This document shows, piece after piece, positions 1-7,028 of a stretch of DNA of 8,511 nucleotides. The notes under the pieces are model-generated. The model was not told the DNA's origin and did no database searches. It saw nothing but the letters and a program-made list of their open reading frames with translations. Within the stretch, counting starts at the first letter, position 1. Each line of letters starts with the position of its first letter. Position numbers and translations under genes: made by a program. This stretch comes from a metagenome, in the sequence record SRR7130817_659013; one strand, given 5' to 3'.

Positions 1-30
1 TCGTCGTCGTCGTCGTCATCATCGTCGTCG
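1..30 (+). repeat. Trinucleotide microsatellite (TCG)5(TCA)2(TCG)3, in frame as a poly-Ser run
   Basis: Read directly from the sequence: tcgtcgtcgtcgtcgtcatcatcgtcgtcg. It lies in the open frame of the S26-like CDS. Confidence 0.9.
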
Positions 31-663
31 ACTGGGTTGTTCTCGCCGAGCGCTCGCTCGCTCGCCGGCGACGACGCGGCGTCGGCGTCGCCATCGCGCG
101 CCAAGTCCCCGCTCGCGAGCGCGCTCGAAGCGATCGCGACAAAAGGGATGACGCAGATCTTCGCCTTCGCTGGAGGCGCGATGGCGCCCACGCTCGGGCG
201 CGACGCCTCGTCGGCGCACGAGAGCGCGGACAAAGCGGCGGCGGCGCGCGAGTTATCCTACGTCCTCGCGCGCCGGTTGGCGCACCCGTTTCGCAGCGCG
301 CAAGTCGGCGATGTCGTGGCGTTTGCGCACCCGAGCGAGCGAGAGAGGGTGCTGATTCGACGCGTGACCGCGATCGAGGGCGACGAGCTCGTGGACGCCG
401 CGAACGCGAGCGTGTACGTGGTGCCGAACGCGCACTGCTGGGTGACGAGCGACGCAGACACCGAGTCGGGCACGACGGTGAGATATGAGGATTCAAGAAC
501 GTTCGGGCCGATCGAACTGAGGGCGATCGAGTGGCGGGTGATGTACAGCTTTGATTCCGCGGTAAACCACGGACGAGTAGGGAACAGCGCGGAGGCGTCC
601 ATCGCGGACGCGCCGGTGCTGAGGGAGGACTTGCGCGCCGCGAAGGAGGCGATTGGGTTTTAG
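1..663 (+). CDS. Signal peptidase S26 / mitochondrial inner-membrane protease (IMP1/IMP2)-like protein. The 5' end is probably outside the window. The catalytic dyad is not conserved.
   Basis: Frame 1 is open from base 1 to TAG at 661-663. The translation aligns, from memory of IMMP1L and plant IMP1, with the S26 core. GGAMAPTLG matches G(P/D)SMxPT. GDVVAFAHPSERERVLIRRVTAIEGDEL matches GD(I/V)V...P......(I/C)KRVIGLEGD. VVPNAHCWVTSDA matches VP.GH.W(V/L).GDN. EDSRTFGPIELRAIEWRV matches S.DSR.(F/Y)GP(V/I)....I.G(K/R). The ORF-track start at 37 is TTG. The first in-frame ATG is at 148, only 10 codons before the SMxPT-equivalent box, so the true start is probably upstream of the window (poly-Ser N-terminus). 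Confidence 0.7.
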   Translation, partial: SSSSSSSSSSTGLFSPSARSLAGDDAASASPSRAKSPLASALEAIATKGMTQIFAFAGGAMAPTLGRDASSAHESADKAAAARELSYVLARRLAHPFRSAQVGDVVAFAHPSERERVLIRRVTAIEGDELVDAANASVYVVPNAHCWVTSDADTESGTTVRYEDSRTFGPIELRAIEWRVMYSFDSAVNHGRVGNSAEASIADAPVLREDLRAAKEAIGF

Positions 664-668
664 TTAGC

Positions 669-677
669 GTGTAATAA
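669..677 (+). promoter_or_regulatory. Putative green-algal-type poly(A) signal (TGTAA core) within the 9-mer GTGTAATAA
   Basis: GTGTAATAA lies 6 nt after the TAG of the S26-like gene. The identical 9-mer recurs 20 nt after the POLA2 stop (7048-7056). TGTAA is the known poly(A) signal in chlorophyte algae such as Chlamydomonas. Its use in this lineage is assumed, not shown. Confidence 0.35.
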
Positions 678-791
678 GTAAGGTATAAATCAGTGAGAGT
701 GGTGATGCGATTCTGTCGCGAGGGTCTTATATTATCAATCGTGAGCTATTTCCTACGTACGGTTTCCGACGTACAGTCAACGTCATCACCA

Positions 792-2156
792 TCAGTCTTG
801 GCGCTCGTAAATTTGCACATAGGTCTCGGTGAGGTTGACTTGTTGTGGAAGAACTTCGACTACGTTTAAATCTTGCGTTTCGTACCAGTTACCATCCGGA
901 GCGTGAAAGACCATCGCGCGATAGCTCCCCGCTGTCGGCGTGCCGTCGTGCACGATGTTAGCGATCAAATTGTACCTCGCTCGCTCACCCGCGGGCACGG
1001 GAATGTGATCCGCCAAGTTCAAGTTCTTCACCGGAAACGTCACGATCGTCGGGTTCTTTTCCGTGAAAAAGTTGTTCTTCGTGAAGCGCGAATAGTTGAC
1101 TATCAAATACTTTGGCAACTTTACGATTTTGAACCGCCGCTGAGTTTTTGGATCTGGTGTGGCGCCATCAAACTTTTTCAGCAAGTTGTGCTCGAGCGAA
1201 ACTTGAGGAATAATTTTCTTTTCCATGACGTCTTGGAACAGCGGTGCTGGGGGTAAATCTAGAGAGAGCATGAGAAACGGCGATACTGTGCTCGCCCGCG
1301 CGCCGCCGCTCTTGACGTCGTCTTCTATAATTTCTACCGCGCCTTGGAAACAATCTGAGACGACGTCGTCAAGCTCCACATTCAACTCGCCCCTCTTCTT
1401 CGTGCCTTTGGCGCGCACTTTTACTTCCCTAATGAGTTCATTCAACAGCCAACGCATGAACGCCGCGGCGTCGCCGCTTTGATCGACGCCGAACGCGTCT
1501 TTCGAACGACCGCGCACGCACTGCATAAACTCGTGTGGGCTCGAGTGTCCTTTGAAGTTGCGCGCGTTCCACATCTTCTTCGTAATTTCCGACAGCCTCT
1601 CCCACAGCGACGGTTTCTCAGCCTCTGAATTCGGCGTGAGCAACAGCGCTCGACGCAACGGTTTCACTCTCGACAGCGCCTGCAGCGTCGCGTTGACGTA
1701 ATCCGTGTGCTTCAAATTATTCAATCCTGTGACCCCGGTGAGATACTCCGTGCCATCCAGCGCCCGCCGCCATTGCGGTCCTTCGTTCTCCAGCCCCCGA
1801 ACGACGGCTTCGTCGAATCGCGGCTTCAACACGTCCCGTATTCTCGTCAGCGTCACGTCCCTTTGCGTCACTTCGTACGAATCCGGTAAGCAATACACCT
1901 TCCCCGTTAACAAGTGCACGAACACGTGGTGCGCGCGCTCTAAGCTGTGCGCGTACGCGTGCGTGGACTTCCCCCGTCCCGCGAAGTACTTCCCGCACAC
2001 CAAGCACCCGTACGCGTGCACGTCCGCGAGAGAGATCGAACAGCGCTTCTCGAAATCAAAATCCAACGCATCGCAGTTGATGGTGTCGAGATACGGGCAC
2101 TGCGCGCGCTCGTCGTCGTCCTCGCGCGCGCGTTTCGCCGCCATCGCGCGAGGCAT
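792..2156 (-). CDS. USP39: U4/U6.U5 tri-snRNP-associated protein 2 (Sad1/USP39), a catalytically inactive USP-fold splicing factor
   Basis: The N-terminus carries a UBP-type zinc finger (CPYLDTINCDALDFDFEKRCSISL..HAYGCLVCGKYFAGRGKSTHAYAHSLERAHHVFVHL..KVYCLPDSYEV). A USP fold follows. Its Cys box reads GLNNLKHTDYVNATLQAL, with Asp where the nucleophile Cys would be. Its His box reads YNLIANIVHDGTPTAGSYRAMV, with Ser instead of His. This is the Sad1/USP39 signature. The ORF-track start at 2168 is GTG; the first ATG codon is at 2154-2156 (MPRAMAAKRA...). The TGA stop is at 792-794. Confidence 0.9.
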   Translation of the reverse strand: MPRAMAAKRAREDDDERAQCPYLDTINCDALDFDFEKRCSISLADVHAYGCLVCGKYFAGRGKSTHAYAHSLERAHHVFVHLLTGKVYCLPDSYEVTQRDVTLTRIRDVLKPRFDEAVVRGLENEGPQWRRALDGTEYLTGVTGLNNLKHTDYVNATLQALSRVKPLRRALLLTPNSEAEKPSLWERLSEITKKMWNARNFKGHSSPHEFMQCVRGRSKDAFGVDQSGDAAAFMRWLLNELIREVKVRAKGTKKRGELNVELDDVVSDCFQGAVEIIEDDVKSGGARASTVSPFLMLSLDLPPAPLFQDVMEKKIIPQVSLEHNLLKKFDGATPDPKTQRRFKIVKLPKYLIVNYSRFTKNNFFTEKNPTIVTFPVKNLNLADHIPVPAGERARYNLIANIVHDGTPTAGSYRAMVFHAPDGNWYETQDLNVVEVLPQQVNLTETYVQIYERQD

Positions 2157-2407
2157 TGGCGACGTCACTCGCGCGCGCCCGCCGTCGACGACGACGACGG
2201 CGTCGATCGAACGCGCGCGTCGTCAGCGGGTTTTCTTCTCATGACGAGTACGAACTCAACGATTATACGACACACAATACCCGTACGTTTTCCCACGTCA
2301 CCGCGCGTGGGCAAACGCGAGGGAATTTTCGTGCATTCGTCAGTATTGAGTACATCGCAGTCCACACACAGCCCTCGTACTAGAGGGACGCTTGTGCGAA
2401 CGACACC

Positions 2408-2436
2408 ATGACGTCATCGTCGGCGCGCCGACGATG
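2408..2436. promoter_or_regulatory. Two overlapping perfect palindromes: ATGACGTCAT (CRE/bZIP-type TGACGTCA core) and the 22-bp CATCGTCGGCGCGCCGACGATG
   Basis: Both were checked base by base. 2408-2417 is a 10-bp perfect palindrome and 2415-2436 is a 22-bp perfect palindrome. The pair ends 6 nt upstream of tRNA-Glu (2443) and lies about 250 bp upstream of the divergent USP39 ATG. Confidence 0.5.
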
Positions 2437-2442
2437 GGTCAG

Positions 2443-2543
2443 TTCGCTATAGTGTAGATGGTTATCACGGCAGGCTTTCATATCAATGATCGCCGTCGAC
2501 GACAAGCCCCCTGTAGACTGGGGTTCGAATCCCCATAGCGAAA
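2443..2543 (+). tRNA. tRNA-Glu(UUC), nuclear type, with a 28-nt intron
   Basis: Hand-folded cloverleaf. The acceptor stem is TTCGCTA/TAGCGAA (7 bp). The D arm is GTG(T)..(T)CAC with loop AGATGGTTA. The anticodon stem is GCAGG/CCTGT (one G-U pair). The anticodon loop is C-T-TTC-A[intron]C. The T arm is TGGGG-TTCGAAT-CCCCA, giving a perfect B box GGTTCGAATCC. The discriminator is A2543. The anticodon is at 2477-2479. A T5 run follows 2 nt downstream. Confidence 0.85.
2481..2508 (+). other. tRNA-Glu intron at the canonical 37/38 position
   Basis: Removing tatcaatgatcgccgtcgacgacaagcc restores the loop CTTTCAC, identical to typical eukaryotic tRNA-Glu(UUC), and a 73-nt tRNA. Intron nucleotide -3 (G2506) can pair with C32 (2475), the anticodon-intron pair required by eukaryotic splicing endonuclease. 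A2505 and A2504 can extend the helix with U33 and U34. The exact boundary is ambiguous by 1-2 nt within the CCC run. Confidence 0.75.
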
Positions 2544-2545
2544 TC

Positions 2546-2550
2546 TTTTT
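2546..2550 (+). terminator. Pol III terminator (T5)
   Basis: A TTTTT run sits 2 nt after the discriminator base of tRNA-Glu. Confidence 0.7.
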
Positions 2551-2566
2551 GTCCTCGATGGACGTC

Positions 2567-2627
2567 GATCGGATCGGATCGATCGAGGGACGACGGACGA
2601 CGACGGACGACGGATGACGGATGACGG
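2567..2627 (+). repeat. Low-complexity leader: (GATCG)3 followed by a GGAYGAC heptamer microsatellite of 5 units with one GAC insertion
   Basis: Read directly from the sequence. GATCG x3 occupies 2567-2581. The heptamers are ggacgac 2588-2594, ggacgac 2595-2601, gac, ggacgac 2605-2611, ggatgac 2612-2618 and ggatgac 2619-2625. The upstream in-frame ATG at 2614 lies inside this repeat. Confidence 0.85.
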
Positions 2628-2736
2628 TTCGTATCGCCCGGTCCCGCGCACCGCGACCGCGACCATCGAACGGATCGATCGTCGCGACCGATGGATTTCG
2701 ACCGCATTCCTTTCGCGCGTTTCGTGCGTCGTCGCC

Positions 2737-3540
2737 ATGGGTACGACGACGTCGACGTCGAGCGCGTGCGAGGACGAACGCGCGCGCGCGGCGTGTGCGA
2801 CGAGCGCGAGCGATGGCGACCGCGAAACGTCGGTGGCGAATTCGACGGGCGACGCGAGGGCGACGCGATCGCACGACGACAGCATCGCTCTTAGAGCGCC
2901 GGCGTTGCGCAGCGCGACGACGCGAGCGAGGTTGATGACCCCGGCGATCGCGAGCGAGCTCGCGCGCGCGCTTCCGAGCGATCGCCGGGCGCGATGGACG
3001 CTGAAGTTTGATTCGGATGAGCACGGGTTGAGTTTTCGCGGGGCGTTGCTCGCGCGGTGCGTCGGCGTCGGACCGGTGGCGGTCGTCGTCGAGCCGCGCG
3101 AGGGCGACAGAGACGAGGTGTTCATCGCGCACGCCAGTCCGTCGCTCGTGGTGTCGCATGAATTCGGTGGAGATGATTTTACGTCGTGCTGGACGTTCGT
3201 CGAGGGCGAAGGATTGGCGGCCATGGGAGCGGAGACGCGCGCGCCGGCGCTGTATTGCGCGAGCGGGTTCACGCAGTACGTCAACGGCTTAGGGTTTTTT
3301 GGTCGCGCAGGCCGCCATCGGTTGTTCATCGATGAACATTTGGAGTCTGGGCACGTGGAGTACGGCGCGCGCGCGTTTGGCGTGCGCCGCGTCGAAATTT
3401 GGGCGCTCACCGAGCGCGACGACGTCGACCACTCGGCGCGAGATGCCGAACGCGCGCGCGCGAAATCTCGAGCGCAGCTCATCACACAGTTCACATCGTC
3501 AAACATCACTCGCGCCGCTGACGAAGCCGCACGGTCGTGA
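2737..3540 (+). CDS. TLDc-domain protein (Oxr1/NCOA7/MEAK7 family) with a possible N-myristoylated start
   Basis: The C-terminal ~170 aa fit the TLDc pattern. The segments are RWTLKFDSDEHGLSFRGALL..VGPVAVVVEP....EVFIAHAS, then ..SCWTFVEGE..LYCASG...YVNGLGFFGRAGRHRLFIDEHLESGHVE...AFGVRRVEIWAL. The N-terminal ~90 aa are low-complexity. The ATG at 2737 has the context GCCATGG and encodes MGTTTS, which fits the myristoylation consensus G-x-x-x-S/T. An alternative in-frame ATG lies at 2614, 41 codons upstream, inside a microsatellite. The TGA stop is at 3538-3540. Confidence 0.72.
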   Translation: MGTTTSTSSACEDERARAACATSASDGDRETSVANSTGDARATRSHDDSIALRAPALRSATTRARLMTPAIASELARALPSDRRARWTLKFDSDEHGLSFRGALLARCVGVGPVAVVVEPREGDRDEVFIAHASPSLVVSHEFGGDDFTSCWTFVEGEGLAAMGAETRAPALYCASGFTQYVNGLGFFGRAGRHRLFIDEHLESGHVEYGARAFGVRRVEIWALTERDDVDHSARDAERARAKSRAQLITQFTSSNITRAADEAARS

Positions 3541-3695
3541 TCGATGCGCCGTTTAGAATAGACTCCTGATTGCGGTAGCGGCGCGTCGCGTACGCGTAGT
3601 ATCTCACGTCTCCGACGCCACTTCGCGCCCCGTCGCGCCGCGCGCCGTCGATCGAACTGCATCATCATTCTAGTTAGTTCTCTTTTCCAACGCGA

Positions 3696-5021
3696 ATGCC
3701 ACTCGACCGCGCATCGACGCTCGACGAATGGGCCGGGATGGACATCTCCGTTCGCCGCGGAAACGACCACGACCCATCGTGGTTCGCCGGTCTCGACGCG
3801 CGCGCGCTTCGAGGGGAGTTCGATCTCGTCATCGTCGGTGCTGGTGTCTCGGGATGCGTGTTCGCCGAACGCGCGTCGAAAGAGCTCGGGTTGAAGTCCC
3901 TCGTCGTGGACAAGCGCGATCATATTGGTGGGAACTGCTACGATTTCGTCAACGCGAAAGGGTTTCGCGTGTCGCAGTACGGCGTGCACTTGTTTCACAC
4001 GCAGCACGAACGAGTGTGGGAGTACGTGAATAGATTTAGCGAGTGGATGCCGTACGAACACCGGGTGAAAGGGAGCGTGGATGTGGACGGGAAAGGGTAT
4101 AAGATTGTCCCGATTCCACCGAATCGGGACACGGTGAACGCTTTATTTCCCGGAGCGGATTTAAAGACGGACCAAGATACGGAGGATTGGTTGAACGCGC
4201 GGCGAAGTGTGAATGATAACCCGAAGAACGGAGAGGAGAGCGCGCTCACGCGCGCGGGACCGGAGTTGTACGAGGCGATATTTAAACATTACACGAAGAA
4301 GCAGTGGGATAAATGGCCTGAGGAGCTCGACGCGAGCGTGTTGGCGCGTATTCCAGTGCGCACGAACACCGATGACCGGTACTTTAGCGACCAACACCAA
4401 GCGCTTCCGAAGCACGGGTACACGAGGATATTTGAGAACATGATAATGGGTGATGCCAACATCACTGTGCGTCTCAACGTGGACTTTTTTGAGCACCGCG
4501 AAATGTTCAAGGCGTTGGCGAAGAAAGCGGTCGTATTCACCGGTCCGATCGATGCATACTACGCCTCTCAAGGCTTGCCCAAGCTTGAATATCGATCGTT
4601 GCGATTTTTTGAGGAGTATCACGAACCCGACGGCGGTTTCTACCAGCCGTGCTTGCAGTTGAATTACCCCGGTCCCGAGGTCGAATACACTCGCATCGTC
4701 GAGTACAAGCACAAACCCAATCAACCGGAGGGCGTGCGCGAGAGCAAAGGCACGGTTATTTTCAAAGAGTATTCGTGCGATCACGGTGAGCCGTACTATC
4801 CCGTGCCGAACCCAGCGAACCGGGAGCTGTACGAAAAGTACCGCGAGATGGCGAGCGCCGAACCGGGCGTCGTCTTCGTTGGCCGCTTGGCGTCGTACAA
4901 GTATTTCAACATGGATCAAGCATTCTTGAACGCCCTAGAGATCTTTGACGACGTGATGTTCGACGGCAAGATCAACGCGAAGACGAAAACTATTCTCGGC
5001 GAGGGTGACGGCCCAAAGTAA
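3696..5021 (+). CDS. glf: UDP-galactopyranose mutase (UGM, EC 5.4.99.9), bacterial-type architecture
   Basis: The protein is collinear with bacterial Glf as I recall the E. coli K-12 enzyme. It has the FAD Rossmann motif FDLVIVGAGVSGCVFA and the boxes VVDKRDHIGGNCYD and YGVHLFHT..ERVWEYVN. It also has GPELYEAIFKHYTKKQW, ARIPVRTNTDDRYFSDQHQALPKHGYT, FTGPIDAYY, LEYRSLRF, YTRIVEYKH, EPYYPVPN and FVGRLASYKYFNMDQ. The ATG at 3696 is preceded by an in-frame TAG at 3675-3677. The TAA stop is at 5019-5021. Confidence 0.92.
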   Translation: MPLDRASTLDEWAGMDISVRRGNDHDPSWFAGLDARALRGEFDLVIVGAGVSGCVFAERASKELGLKSLVVDKRDHIGGNCYDFVNAKGFRVSQYGVHLFHTQHERVWEYVNRFSEWMPYEHRVKGSVDVDGKGYKIVPIPPNRDTVNALFPGADLKTDQDTEDWLNARRSVNDNPKNGEESALTRAGPELYEAIFKHYTKKQWDKWPEELDASVLARIPVRTNTDDRYFSDQHQALPKHGYTRIFENMIMGDANITVRLNVDFFEHREMFKALAKKAVVFTGPIDAYYASQGLPKLEYRSLRFFEEYHEPDGGFYQPCLQLNYPGPEVEYTRIVEYKHKPNQPEGVRESKGTVIFKEYSCDHGEPYYPVPNPANRELYEKYREMASAEPGVVFVGRLASYKYFNMDQAFLNALEIFDDVMFDGKINAKTKTILGEGDGPK

Positions 5022-5135
5022 CAACGTGCGATCGACCTCTTTCGACTCGAGTTGCGCGACGACGCTCGTTCGCTCGTTGAAATTCAAATTCAAACAGCTG
5101 TCGCACCTCACTCGCGCGCTCGCGCGACCGTCAAA

Positions 5136-7028
5136 ATGTCCGTCCACATCGGCCTCGCGCGCGCGTTCGACGACCGAGGGTTCATTCTGAAAGCCTCGGT
5201 GGCGTCGAGCGCGCTCGAAGCGCTCGCATCGGAACTCGCGCTGCCGATCGATAAAATCGCGGCGTACTGGGAAGCTTTTGACATCGGCAAGCTCGACAAG
5301 ATCCCGCTCGAGGACCGAAGGGAAATCGGCGTGGAGCACTTGGAAAAGTTCGAGCAATACGTGCGGTATGAAGTGACGAAACCGTCCACGAAGTCCGCGA
5401 ACGCGGGACTCGGGAAGAAACGAAAGCTCCTGGGGAGCGCGTCGAAGAGCGACGGCGCGAGCCCGTCGGCGTCCAACGTGTCGATGAGAATGTCCCTGGG
5501 CGGCGTAACGCCAAAGAAGATGTCTCGCGAATGGGACAAGACGTTAGATGATTTAACTCCAGGGGAGTCGGAGTACAAGAAGAAGGCGGCGACGCCGGGG
5601 AGTGCGACGGGGGTAGGGGAAAACGCGAACGCGACGCTGCACGGACACCTGAGCGCGACGGCGAACGGGGAGAATTCGAGCGGATGCGACGTCCGCGTGT
5701 CGACGTGGAATACCGATAAATTTCGATACATGCGCGATCGGATTTCCGATCGCGTGACCATGATCGATGCGAGGATTCTGGATGCGCAGGAGCGATTTGA
5801 ATTTGTCGGCGACGACGCTGAGGAGGGCGACGGCGGCGCTGGCGCGGTTGGGGCGGCGACGAGAATCTCGCGCGTGGACACGAAGACGGGAGATGAAGAC
5901 GCCACTTGCGTCGGGCGCATCGTGTGCGCGCATAAGGTAGAGGAAGGGAAGTTGACGGATAAAACCGTCTCGCTCGAAGGGTCTACAGAGGGGAGTTTCG
6001 GCGCTCGAGTGCGATTGGAGCTTCGGGATTTGGACAGTTACAGCCTGTTCCCGGGGCAAGTGGTGAAAGTCACTGGACGAAATCCCGCGGGGCACTGCTT
6101 GGTGGTGAAAAGCATCTCTTCGGCGTCGAGCAAGCCGATGAAGAAGTCGGCGCCGACGGCGTCTGTGTTTGCTATGCCAACATCGGTCGTCGTCGCCTCC
6201 GGTCCGTTTTCGTGCACCAACGACTTGAAGTATGAACCGCTGAATGACTTGTTGGATTTCGTCGCGGCTGAAAACCCCGATGCGTTAATTCTTTGCGGAC
6301 CGCTAGTCGACGTCGAGAATGCATTCGTGAAGACGGGTTCATGCGGTGATATGGATTTTGACGACATTGCGCGCAACGTCACGCTCACGATTGAACGCAA
6401 GCTCGGCTTCAACGATCGAGACTCCAAATTGAAGACCAAGGTGATTTACGTCCCTTCTGTTCGCGACGCCATGCTAGACTCAGTGTTCCCACAACCGGCG
6501 CCAGTAAAACTCGCCAAAAACACTTTGTTCGAATCGTCGACGCGCGCCTTTGTGGCGCCGAATCCCGGGACTTTTGAAATTAACGGCGTGGTGTTCTCCG
6601 TCGTAACGCACGACATCTTGAAGCATTTGTCTGCGCAAGAAATCTCCAAGGGCGGAGTGGCGATCGATCGCCTTTCGAGACTTGCTACGCACGTGATATC
6701 GCAAGCGTACGCGTATCCACTGTATCCTGCGGATCCGTCGGCGTGCTTGGATGCTGCGCACGCTGGAGCGGCGGCGTTCGACGTCACCCCAGACGTGTTG
6801 ATTTTGCCTTCCGATTTGAAGACCTTCGCGGAAGTTTTAGAGGTGAGTGATGTTGGCAAAGTGGTGTGCGTGAACCCTGGTCGTTTAGCTCGCGGCGACG
6901 CTGGAGGCACGCTCGCTAAGCTCGTCGTTCACGCCGCGCCGACGCCGTCGGAGGTGGCCGCGGATGACGAAGACGTCGTCCACGGCGTCGCCGCGCGCGC
7001 GCGCGTGGACGTGTTGAAGATCAAGTAG
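5136..7028 (+). CDS. POLA2: DNA polymerase alpha subunit B (p70/B subunit of the Pol alpha-primase complex)
   Basis: An N-terminal helical region is followed by a low-complexity linker. An OB-like segment comes next (CVGRIVCA..VSLEGS..RVRLELRDLDSYSLFPGQVVKVTGRNPAG). The C-terminus is the B-subunit phosphoesterase-like domain (VVVASGPFSCTNDLKYEPLNDLLDFVAAENPDALILCGPLVDVEN .. VIYVPSVRDAM .. NPGTFEINGVVFSVVTHDIL .. VLILPSDL..F). The ORF-track start at 5052 is TTG; the first ATG is at 5136 (context caaaATGt). The TAG stop is at 7026-7028. Confidence 0.88.
   Translation: MSVHIGLARAFDDRGFILKASVASSALEALASELALPIDKIAAYWEAFDIGKLDKIPLEDRREIGVEHLEKFEQYVRYEVTKPSTKSANAGLGKKRKLLGSASKSDGASPSASNVSMRMSLGGVTPKKMSREWDKTLDDLTPGESEYKKKAATPGSATGVGENANATLHGHLSATANGENSSGCDVRVSTWNTDKFRYMRDRISDRVTMIDARILDAQERFEFVGDDAEEGDGGAGAVGAATRISRVDTKTGDEDATCVGRIVCAHKVEEGKLTDKTVSLEGSTEGSFGARVRLELRDLDSYSLFPGQVVKVTGRNPAGHCLVVKSISSASSKPMKKSAPTASVFAMPTSVVVASGPFSCTNDLKYEPLNDLLDFVAAENPDALILCGPLVDVENAFVKTGSCGDMDFDDIARNVTLTIERKLGFNDRDSKLKTKVIYVPSVRDAMLDSVFPQPAPVKLAKNTLFESSTRAFVAPNPGTFEINGVVFSVVTHDILKHLSAQEISKGGVAIDRLSRLATHVISQAYAYPLYPADPSACLDAAHAGAAAFDVTPDVLILPSDLKTFAEVLEVSDVGKVVCVNPGRLARGDAGGTLAKLVVHAAPTPSEVAADDEDVVHGVAARARVDVLKIK

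Noticed and set aside
792-2156. USP39 lacks the catalytic Cys and His of ubiquitin-specific proteases.
   Set aside because: This is real, but it is the established defining property of the Sad1/USP39 family and not a novelty of this locus.
2478-4061. A 527-aa ORF on the minus strand, the second-longest in the track.
   Set aside because: It runs antisense across tRNA-Glu, the whole TLDc gene and the start of UGM. Its product is Arg/Ser/Ala-rich low complexity with no recognisable domain. Long stop-free antisense frames are expected in high-GC DNA, and the plus-strand genes carry clear family signatures.
37-5054. ORF-track start codons at 37 (TTG), 2168 (GTG, minus strand) and 5052 (TTG).
   Set aside because: Non-ATG initiation is not expected for these nuclear eukaryotic genes. 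The starts were moved to the first in-frame ATG (2156, 5136), or the CDS was treated as 5'-partial (1..663).
1705-5920. Other long antisense or overlapping ORFs: 1705-2244 +, 1947-2411 +, 2380-3159 -, 4161-4919 -, 5108-5920 -, 5553-6095 -, 6038-6439 - and 6446-6910 -.
   Set aside because: Each lies opposite a CDS supported by homology. The products are compositionally biased (R/S/A/P-rich or hydrophobic nonsense) with no motifs. They are shadow ORFs.
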